This document shows, in pieces, positions 56,268 through 64,000 of a DNA stretch of 64,000 nucleotides. The DNA lies in the IMG/VR virus record IMGVR_UViG_3300032322_001107, positions 1 to 64,000 of that record. The stretch is one strand, 5' to 3'. The translations under genes were made by a program, and so were the position numbers. The notes below the pieces were generated by a model. That model was not told the DNA's origin. It worked only from the letters and a program-made list of their open reading frames with translations, and searched no databases. Every line of letters begins with the position of its first letter. Position 1 is the first letter of the stretch. Source of the stretch: a virus.

Positions 56268-59200
56268 ATGGAAGTCATCGAAGTAGTAGAGAGGGAAGTT
56301 GAGGTCATTGAGTTGATCGAACGTGGCCCCGCTGGCCCTACAGGCCCGCAGCCCGACATCAATTACACTGTAGTCTCGTCAGCCCGCACCCTAGAGGCAG
56401 CAGATTTAATCGCAGCAGACACCTCTGGAGGGGCGTTTACTCTTACTCTTCCACTTAATCCTAGTAATGGAGATGCGGTAGACATCTTTGATTTCTCGGA
56501 AACCTTTGATACGAACAATCTGACCATCGCCCGAAACGGACAAAGAATCGAATCTATCGAAGAAGATCTTATCTGTAACGTCGAAGGAGCCTACTTCACC
56601 TTAATCTACACTGGAGCAACAAGAGGCTGGCAAGTATTACCACGATATGGAACTTCGGGCGGTGGAGGCGGGGAATCTGTTCTTACAAATACAGGAGATA
56701 TGCTTTATCGGGGTGTCGGTGTCAACGCCCGCCTCCCTATCGGAACCGCAGGACAGGTTCTGAAAGTAAACAGCGGAGCCACGGCCCCCGAATGGGGAAC
56801 CATCTCCACAGCACCCAGTGGCCCCGCAGGAGGAGACCTCACTGGAACTTACCCCAATCCCACTTTAACCACTTCAGGGGTAAGCGCGGGAACCTATACC
56901 AAGGTCACCGTTGATGCCAAGGGGCGGGCGACTGTCGGAGCTTCCGCCACAAAGTCTGATGTTGGACTCGGTAATGTCGATGACACAAGTGATGCCTCAA
57001 AACCCGTCTCAACAGCTACCCAGACTGCGCTAAATCTAAAGGCTAATCTAGACTCCCCCGCGCTCACTGGAACCCCGACAGCACCTACCGCTGCTGCTGG
57101 AACTGACACCACACAAGTCGCCACTACGGCATTTACGCTGGCAAATCGCGGAGACCGATACCTCACAACCAGCACATCTTCTCATTCGCTTACTACAGGT
57201 TCCAAAACATTTACTGTACAGTCGGGACTTAGTTATACTCCAACACAGGACGTTACCATTGTATACGATGCAGCCCGTCATATGCATGCTATTGTTACCA
57301 GCTATTCTGGAACATCATTGGTAGTTAATGTCGATACCGTAGAAGGTAGTGGCGGGCCATTTACAGCTTGGACAATCAATGTGGGTGGGCTTTTGACAGC
57401 ACAGGGGGCACTACTTGAGGTTAACAATCTCAGTGATGTCAGCAACCCCGCAACCGCATTAACCAATATCGGTGGTGTACCAACAAGCCGATCTATCAGC
57501 GCGGGAACGGGGCTTACTGGCGGTGGAGATCTTACGGCTAATAGAACGCTCACAGTTAGCTATGGATCTACAGCAGGAACTGCCTGCCAAGGCAATGATG
57601 CGCGGTTGAGTGATGCGAGGACGCCTGCGGCTCACGCCGCCAGTCACAGAGCGGCGAAGCCCGCCGTTGCCGCCAGATACACAGGCATTGGCGATAACGA
57701 AACCTTTTCCGAAGAAGTAGTAATTATAGCAAACACCGCAGGGACGGCGGGCAATAGCATCACGCTGACCTTTGATGGCGTGGATGATGTGGATACCGTG
57801 TTGGCCGCTTGGAACGCAGCCAATCCGTCAAACCAAGCCACATTAGACAGTGGCGATGGCGAACAAGTCCCCGCCGATGGCGACTTTCTTACGCTTTCGG
57901 GCGGAGTTGCGGCGATTGTTGGCGGCAGTGATCCGTTTGCCAACATCAACCAAGACCTTGGCACGACCGACCAAGTAAATTTTTCCACACTTACCCTAAC
58001 CGCTCCCCTCAATGGCGAAGTCATTCGTATCAATGGGGTTGATCCATTGGGCAGTGACACAGGCTTCGCCGTCTACAACACCACAGGCAACCAATCCAAC
58101 TCGTTCTATTTTAACAAAAACAACTCCTTTATCGGCATTGGCGTAGGAGCGAGCCGAAATTACATTCAGTCCTCGCAGCCAGTGGATGTTGGCGCGGAGC
58201 TTGCTGTGGCGGGGCCAATAAACATCACGGGGGCGAGCGCATCTACTCACAAGGCAACCACTCGCACCAACCTTGGCGCAGCCGCCTCTGGCTCCATCAC
58301 CTCCAGCGGCCTCACGCAATCCACCGCAAGAATTTTAGGCCGCACGACAGCCAGCACAGGCTCCATCGAGGAGATCCAAATCGGCTCGGGCCTTTCGCTT
58401 TCGGCGGGGGAGTTGTCTTCCACAGTCAGCGCGGGCATCCCTGCAACCCTCCTCGACGCCAAAGGCGATCTCATCGTGGCCTCGGCGGCGGATACGGCGG
58501 CGCGGCTGGCGGTGGGCGGGACGAATGGTCATGTGCTGACGGTGGACTCGACGGAGACGCTGGGGGTGAAGTGGGCGGCGGCGGCAGGAGGCGTCTCTGG
58601 CGTCGATAGCACCACCGACGATGTCTTCAGCGTATCGGGCAGCAACCTCGTTGCCGACGATGGCGGGCTAATCGACTCGGCCAATCCTTTCGTTCAGTGG
58701 AACGACACATCGGGCAAGCTCGTCTACGCCAACCCGCTCAGTCGGCCATCTGGCGCTTTCTATGTCGGGCTGGCTCCGACTACCACGGCGCTCGGAACGC
58801 GGGCGATCAACATTCAAAGCAACAGGGCGGGCGCGACAAGCGTTGCCGCCAACACTGACGCCATTGTCATTGGAGACGCCGCCACCACAGGCTCAAGCTC
58901 GGTTGCCATCGGCCTCCGCGCATCGGCGGGAGGAAGTAGTGTGGCAATCGGACTTGATGCCACCACTTTTAGCAATCCCAGTGGTGCAATCGCCATCGGT
59001 CGCTCTGCAAGCGCAAGTGGAACAAGTTGGCCTATAGCCCTTAACGGAACCGCTTCCGAATCTGACGCTATTGCCATCAACGGCACGGCCTCAAATCTTA
59101 ACAGCGTAGCCATCGGGCGCGGAATTACAGCGAACTTGATGGGCCAATTTTTCACGCGCTCCTTTGGCGTGAATTATTGGGGCGGGCAAACAACCAACAA

Positions 59201-59546
59201 CACGGCGACCATATTAAATCTGGATGCAGGCGCAGGAGGAACCGCTCGCTTCACCATCGCCGCCAACACCGCCTTGGCCGTGGACATCACCCTTGTAGCG
59301 CGGCGATCTGGAACACAAGACAAGTGGCTGGTTGCCCGCCGTTTTTTGGGCATCCGTCGAGACGCAACGAACACCGCGCTGATCGGGTCAGTTGGAAACT
59401 ACGGACTTGATCAAAGCGCAGGATCTCCGACTTGGACATTTGCGTTGACCGCCGACACGACCAACAATGCGCTTCAGTTGCAAGTTACGGGGGAGACAGG
59501 CGAGACCGTAGAATGGAGAGCAACTGCATTTTATAGAGTTGTCTAA
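56268..59546 (+). CDS. Long mosaic tail fibre
   Basis: Modules [60 protein letters not shown] and YadA-like AIG repeats. Confidence 0.85.
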   Translation: MEVIEVVEREVEVIELIERGPAGPTGPQPDINYTVVSSARTLEAADLIAADTSGGAFTLTLPLNPSNGDAVDIFDFSETFDTNNLTIARNGQRIESIEEDLICNVEGAYFTLIYTGATRGWQVLPRYGTSGGGGGESVLTNTGDMLYRGVGVNARLPIGTAGQVLKVNSGATAPEWGTISTAPSGPAGGDLTGTYPNPTLTTSGVSAGTYTKVTVDAKGRATVGASATKSDVGLGNVDDTSDASKPVSTATQTALNLKANLDSPALTGTPTAPTAAAGTDTTQVATTAFTLANRGDRYLTTSTSSHSLTTGSKTFTVQSGLSYTPTQDVTIVYDAARHMHAIVTSYSGTSLVVNVDTVEGSGGPFTAWTINVGGLLTAQGALLEVNNLSDVSNPATALTNIGGVPTSRSISAGTGLTGGGDLTANRTLTVSYGSTAGTACQGNDARLSDARTPAAHAASHRAAKPAVAARYTGIGDNETFSEEVVIIANTAGTAGNSITLTFDGVDDVDTVLAAWNAANPSNQATLDSGDGEQVPADGDFLTLSGGVAAIVGGSDPFANINQDLGTTDQVNFSTLTLTAPLNGEVIRINGVDPLGSDTGFAVYNTTGNQSNSFYFNKNNSFIGIGVGASRNYIQSSQPVDVGAELAVAGPINITGASASTHKATTRTNLGAAASGSITSSGLTQSTARILGRTTASTGSIEEIQIGSGLSLSAGELSSTVSAGIPATLLDAKGDLIVASAADTAARLAVGGTNGHVLTVDSTETLGVKWAAAAGGVSGVDSTTDDVFSVSGSNLVADDGGLIDSANPFVQWNDTSGKLVYANPLSRPSGAFYVGLAPTTTALGTRAINIQSNRAGATSVAANTDAIVIGDAATTGSSSVAIGLRASAGGSSVAIGLDATTFSNPSGAIAIGRSASASGTSWPIALNGTASESDAIAINGTASNLNSVAIGRGITANLMGQFFTRSFGVNYWGGQTTNNTATILNLDAGAGGTARFTIAANTALAVDITLVARRSGTQDKWLVARRFLGIRRDATNTALIGSVGNYGLDQSAGSPTWTFALTADTTNNALQLQVTGETGETVEWRATAFYRVV

Positions 59547-59548
59547 TT

Positions 59549-60082
59549 ATGAACCCCAAAGAAATCTACAACGTATTACTTACCGAGCCGAAAGTTATCG
59601 ACGGCAAAACGTGGCACAACCTCTCTTACCAGATAACCCGCGACGAAGCGGGCAAGATCGAAGTCACCGAGTTTGGCTGGCCGACTAAGCTGACGATTTA
59701 CGAGCAGGACGGCCCCGAACTGGATGCGCTGGACGAGGCAACGGTGAAAGCCGCCGTTGAAGCCGCGCTGCCTGTGGATGAGGGTTATGTGATTCCGCCG
59801 CCGCCGACTCCGTATGTTGAGGCTTTCACGCCCGAAGCATGGGTGACGCGGCACCTTACATCCCTGCAAATTCTTTCCCTGCAACGTCTGGAAATGGCCC
59901 TGCTTCAAGCGAGCTTGCCGCTCGGCACGAACATGGCCGCGCTCAAGGGTTGGCTGGAGGCCATGATGTTGGCGAGCGTTGACCCGACTCCACGCACATT
60001 TCCTGCCCCGCCGTGTTCCTACGAGGTTGCGTCAGCGGAGGCGGTGGCTGGGTTGCAATCAGGTCAAAATCCCGAAACATAA
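59549..60082 (+). CDS. Putative tail fibre assembly protein
   Basis: Directly follows the fibre gene and shares its GC-rich codon style. Confidence 0.5.
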   Translation: MNPKEIYNVLLTEPKVIDGKTWHNLSYQITRDEAGKIEVTEFGWPTKLTIYEQDGPELDALDEATVKAAVEAALPVDEGYVIPPPPTPYVEAFTPEAWVTRHLTSLQILSLQRLEMALLQASLPLGTNMAALKGWLEAMMLASVDPTPRTFPAPPCSYEVASAEAVAGLQSGQNPET

Positions 60083-60086
60083 TCTT

Positions 60087-62330
60087 ATGGCAAACCTCTC
60101 TTCATTCTATCCCCAGCCAGTAGTACCCAATGCTATAGAAGTTACTGCTTCTGGGTCTACAACTGCAAGAACTCTATCAACGAGGTTTGCCGACATAGTA
60201 AATGTTAAAGATTTTGGTGCGGTGGGTGACGGGGTTTCCGATGATTGGTTAGCTATTCAGAGGGCAATTGCCGCAGCGGCAGATGTACCAAACGCCGCAA
60301 CATTAACAATGCCAGCAGCACTGGGTGTTTCAGATCCAATGTCTGTCAACGCCTTTGGCATATGGATTCCTAAACTTTTTTATTTTGGTGTTTCTAGACG
60401 TATTGTCTATTTCCCTTCTGGCCAATACGCAATTTCTAGGCCACTTGTTGCCAGCGGAGAACAAATTCATTTATTGGGATACAGTGGACGCATGTCTCGC
60501 ATTAATGTGAGTAAAAACGCAGCAACATCCGCTGGTCTTGCAACAATGTTTAATGGTGTTGAACCGCTTAACGAATGGGTTTATAGAGAATTAGTTGCCG
60601 TTGATGGCACAGAGCCAGTTGGATTTTGGTCTCTGTGGCCAGATTACGGTCATGGAAATCGCATTGAAGGTCTTGGAGTTGGTTTAACAGAACTTGATGA
60701 AAACAATCAAACGACAATCCGACCATTTGATACAGTGTCAGATGTTCTGGCATATTTGCCGTTTACAGAAGGCCCTCCGCCATTTGCAAAAGTTTCTGGA
60801 ACACAGGGAACAAACACTCTAACTATTAATACAGAAATTCGGTGCTGGGTTGGAATGAAAATAAAACCCAGAAATCATGCCACAACTTACACTGTTGCAT
60901 CTTTTTCTGTTGGTTCAAATAGCGTAACAATAACAACAGTCGAAACAGTTACTAGCAATATCGTTAATGAAATGGCGCTTCGTGGAAAATCGGCAGCAAA
61001 TGGAATTCTTTTAAATGGCGGAGAAAATATGGCAATTATTAGGTGCTTTGCCGATGGATTTTATTATGGTTCTGGAATTTCGCTATTAGGAGGTTCCCCA
61101 GCAGCAATTATTGATAATTGCATGGTTAATTCTAATAAAGTTGGTTACGAAATAGAATCTGGGCCATCCATACTTATAAAACCTTCTGGTGATAACAATC
61201 AAACATTTGTTCGCGCTGGATTTAAATCTCTAGCCACACTTTATATTGAAGGAATAAAAATGGAGAATTTTGGATCACCTCCATTTTTTGGTTTTGAAAC
61301 TGGAATAAAAGAGATTTTTCAACTTGGAAGTTATGGTGGTCAAGGGCGACCATCCAGCATGAAAATTGTTGGAGGATCTATCAATATTAATGTAAGCCCC
61401 AATCTTGAAGACTCCGTTATTTATGCTGAATACGCTACGGTTTACCCAGCAAATATACAAACCAGCGGACTAAACATGCAAAACCAATGCTCGATTATTC
61501 ATCAAAGGCGCAACCTTTTGAATAATGATATTTTGAAACGCATTGGAAGGTCTGATTGGCAAAGCACACAGCATGCAGAACGTTATGGTGGTAAATCTGA
61601 ACGAATGAGCGATGGATTGGTAGATTGGTATGTTTATGGAGATAGGCGCAATGCTGTTTTTGACTTGATAGATAATCGCGGAGGAATAGTGGCAGATTCT
61701 GGATCTGGAAGACCTTCAGGTAATGCAACATTTGAAAGAGACGGACAAACAGTAACGTTTACTCAGGCAAATCACGGACTACAAGTTGGAAATCAAATTT
61801 TTGTGGCACAGTATATTTCTACCGACCCACCAAATACATTTTTTACAGCAACGGGAAGCGCATCTGATGGAAGCTTTACTGGATCGTTATTTGTTAAATC
61901 TGTAAACGGAAACGATTTTACATGCACCGTAGCCAATAGCGGTCCAGATGAAGGAACCGTAAAGCTTATTTATGGAAAATATTGGGATTTTCACAGTTTT
62001 TACGACAATAGGCATATTGTTCAAATACCAAGCGATTTGGGTTCTCCGAACATTAATAGGGAAGTTTTTGTTTTTAAAGATTTACAAAATAGAAATCTGT
62101 CTGGATTGCGAGTTGCTACAGCTACTGAAGGTGATTGGTGGGCAAGTAAATCTCTAAACATAGGCGGAACCATCGATAGCCCCTCATCCCGAATCTTGAC
62201 TGGCACAGGCGCACCTAGTGCGCCCGCACCCAATGGATCTATCTATCTCAGAACAGATGGAGATGCTTCCAGCACAGTATATGTGAGAGCGGGAGATCAA
62301 TGGAGGCCACTTGGAGCTTATGAACCTTAA
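60087..62330 (+). CDS. Tailspike / depolymerase (pectate lyase 3-like beta-helix)
   Basis: VNVKDFGAVGDGVSDD, VYFPSGQY and C-terminal GTGAPSAPAPNGSIYLRTDG. Confidence 0.8.
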   Translation: MANLSSFYPQPVVPNAIEVTASGSTTARTLSTRFADIVNVKDFGAVGDGVSDDWLAIQRAIAAAADVPNAATLTMPAALGVSDPMSVNAFGIWIPKLFYFGVSRRIVYFPSGQYAISRPLVASGEQIHLLGYSGRMSRINVSKNAATSAGLATMFNGVEPLNEWVYRELVAVDGTEPVGFWSLWPDYGHGNRIEGLGVGLTELDENNQTTIRPFDTVSDVLAYLPFTEGPPPFAKVSGTQGTNTLTINTEIRCWVGMKIKPRNHATTYTVASFSVGSNSVTITTVETVTSNIVNEMALRGKSAANGILLNGGENMAIIRCFADGFYYGSGISLLGGSPAAIIDNCMVNSNKVGYEIESGPSILIKPSGDNNQTFVRAGFKSLATLYIEGIKMENFGSPPFFGFETGIKEIFQLGSYGGQGRPSSMKIVGGSININVSPNLEDSVIYAEYATVYPANIQTSGLNMQNQCSIIHQRRNLLNNDILKRIGRSDWQSTQHAERYGGKSERMSDGLVDWYVYGDRRNAVFDLIDNRGGIVADSGSGRPSGNATFERDGQTVTFTQANHGLQVGNQIFVAQYISTDPPNTFFTATGSASDGSFTGSLFVKSVNGNDFTCTVANSGPDEGTVKLIYGKYWDFHSFYDNRHIVQIPSDLGSPNINREVFVFKDLQNRNLSGLRVATATEGDWWASKSLNIGGTIDSPSSRILTGTGAPSAPAPNGSIYLRTDGDASSTVYVRAGDQWRPLGAYEP

Positions 62331-62886
62331 AAATACACTTCTAGCATTGCTGGCGATGTCTTCCTCGCTCTGGGGACAGACGATCACCACAAATACTAAT
62401 GATCTAACCACCCCTTGGTCTAATTCGTTTTCGGGATTTCAAGGTATAACCAACACAGGTCGGGCGTTTCGCGTCACGGCATCCAATCTCACGACCAACA
62501 TCACAGTGGCTCTTTCCGACTCTACAAACTGGCAAGTATCGACGAACAACACCGCCTTCACCAATACCCTGTCAATGGCGAGTAATTCCTCCAACGCTCT
62601 CTTATGGGTAAGGATGAGCGGGTCAAATGTCGGAACATTCACTAATATCATCAGCCTGACCAGCACTGGAACGAACGGAACAAATACCAACAACGTAACA
62701 AACACTACCACAATTACGGGAACGGTGGTCGCTTCGTTGGCTTCGGTCATGTATGATAAGGCCACAGCACTCATTGTCCGTCCGACCAATTTGGGACTGA
62801 ATACCAACATTACTTTCGTTGACGCCGCAACCAACACCAATACAGTATCGATCTCCAATGGTATTATTACTGGCTGGACACAATAG
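62320..62886 (+). CDS. Signal-peptide, Thr-Asn-rich Ig-like protein
   Basis: Begins MNLKNTLLALLAMSSSLWG-Q. Has 16 TN dipeptides in 188 aa and C-terminal ISNGIITG. Confidence 0.65.
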   Translation: MNLKNTLLALLAMSSSLWGQTITTNTNDLTTPWSNSFSGFQGITNTGRAFRVTASNLTTNITVALSDSTNWQVSTNNTAFTNTLSMASNSSNALLWVRMSGSNVGTFTNIISLTSTGTNGTNTNNVTNTTTITGTVVASLASVMYDKATALIVRPTNLGLNTNITFVDAATNTNTVSISNGIITGWTQ

Positions 62887-62913
62887 ACTTAACACCTTAC
62901 ACTTTCTACTTTA

Positions 62914-64000
62914 ATGGCAACAGGCAACGCAGAACTGGAAAATCTACCAGAGAGTGGTAGTCCACCGAAAAAACGCATCAAATCATCTGATAACCTTGTG
63001 GCAATCGCTAACAAGTATATCGAACAAGATGAGGATGCGGCGTATCTTAGGGCGCGGGCGCAAGCCCTAGTCAATGGCGAAGCCCCCTACGATGCCGAAG
63101 AATTGAAGAGCAAAGGACTAACCCATGTGGTCAATGCCAACTTCGGGGAGGCCAATGCCATCATGGAAGCAGCCTTGGCCCCGTATATTGAACTCCAAAA
63201 TGGGGTTCCCCGCATCGCCAACGTCATCATGGAATCTTATCAGGGGGACTCCAATGAAGACTCCGAAATCATCTCTGAGGAGTTTGATTGGATGCTTAAG
63301 GAGTGGAGTGATCATGCCTACAATATGCAACTCCTTTCCCGCGAGTTTGTGGGTGACGGGGTCGGGGTGGCTATGTGGCCCGATGAAAGGTCAATCTTCT
63401 GGGAGCCTTGCGGACTTAAAGATTTCAAAGTAGCCCGTGACACCAAAGTATCAGATGAGTCCATTGAAGTTGCTATCGTCCAACGCTCCATGAGCGTGAG
63501 TGAACTTTACCGCTATATCCGCAATCCCAAAGCCGCGAAAGAACTTGGCTGGAATCTCAACGCAGTTAAGCAGGCAATTTGGAAGGCTTCGACCAAGCGC
63601 GACCAGTGGAAGAACTATACCGCTCACTGGGAAGACTTTGAGCGCGAAATCAAGGAGAATGACCTCTACGCTGGGGAATCGGCCTACCACCGCGCCCAAC
63701 TAATCTACGGCTACAACCGCGAATTCGATGGTAAGTTTACACAGCTTATCGGATCTCGCGATTCTTCGGATTTCCTCTACGAGCGTTATAGCCGCTATGG
63801 AAATGTGAACCAATGCTTCGTCATCTTTACCTACGGAGTCGGACAGGGAACCTTCCATACGATTCGCGGACTCAAGCAGAAGATCTACAACCAAATCCAG
63901 ATTTCCAATAGGGTTCTTTGCCAGTCAGCCCAAGCCGCCATCACTTCTGGACTTATTCAGTTGCAGGGGGACGCCGAAGCCATCCAAGACTTTCAATATA
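62914..64000 (+). CDS. Probable portal protein, 3'-truncated by window end (absent from ORF track)
   Basis: Long frame from ATG 62914 (MATGNAELENLPESGSPPKKRIK...). FVGDGVGVAMW resembles podoviral portal motifs, and the position in the structural module fits. Confidence 0.65.
   Translation, partial: MATGNAELENLPESGSPPKKRIKSSDNLVAIANKYIEQDEDAAYLRARAQALVNGEAPYDAEELKSKGLTHVVNANFGEANAIMEAALAPYIELQNGVPRIANVIMESYQGDSNEDSEIISEEFDWMLKEWSDHAYNMQLLSREFVGDGVGVAMWPDERSIFWEPCGLKDFKVARDTKVSDESIEVAIVQRSMSVSELYRYIRNPKAAKELGWNLNAVKQAIWKASTKRDQWKNYTAHWEDFEREIKENDLYAGESAYHRAQLIYGYNREFDGKFTQLIGSRDSSDFLYERYSRYGNVNQCFVIFTYGVGQGTFHTIRGLKQKIYNQIQISNRVLCQSAQAAITSGLIQLQGDAEAIQDFQY

Noticed and set aside
53461-62330. 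Diversity-generating retroelement or invertible fibre cassette
   Set aside because: No reverse transcriptase or invertase is present, and no adenine-specific template/variable repeat pair was seen. The repeats are ordinary fibre units.
63118-63894. Small ORF-track entries at the window end
   Set aside because: They are shadows of the long plus-strand frame from 62914 that runs off the window.
1-64000. Alternative genetic code, or confident host assignment
   Set aside because: Genes are intact in the standard code. SD-less leaders and TN-rich exported proteins hint at a Verrucomicrobia-like host, but the sequence alone cannot establish this.

Overview
This window is about 64 kb of a tailed dsDNA bacteriophage genome with a podovirus-like layout, read in the standard genetic code. 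I see no tRNA, rRNA, CRISPR array or integrase. From left to right it holds: nucleotide and sugar metabolism genes (DUF4406-DUF6378-like fusion, metallophosphoesterase, RmlC-like cupin, glycosyltransferase); an AT-rich minus-strand cassette of probable virion proteins; a Cas4-like nuclease and small basic proteins; three probable ejection proteins, including a 3077-aa polyvalent protein with two HExxH zincin motifs and a GNAT domain; a methyltransferase/glycosyltransferase operon downstream of DnaG primase; a minus-strand block of small early genes (histone-fold, Rmf-like, DUF932, GP88-like); a non-coding repeat region that may be the packaging site or terminus; middle genes (dCMP deaminase, RusA-like resolvase, HNH nucleases, replication initiator, DnaB); divergent terminase genes; tail fibres and a tailspike; and the 5' part of a probable portal gene. 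The most unusual observations are: (1) fibre-like proteins with Sec signal peptides and extreme Thr-Asn enrichment, alongside many glycosyltransferases; (2) a small RNA with its own promoter and terminator whose unpaired region is antisense to early-gene start codons; (3) a RusA resolvase whose N- and C-terminal motifs lie in two overlapping reading frames; (4) a phage histone-fold gene; (5) a stand-alone strong Shine-Dalgarno peptide gene with alternative RNA pairings; (6) a C4/CI-like antisense element upstream of the replication initiator. All calls come from motif recognition by eye; no database searches were run.
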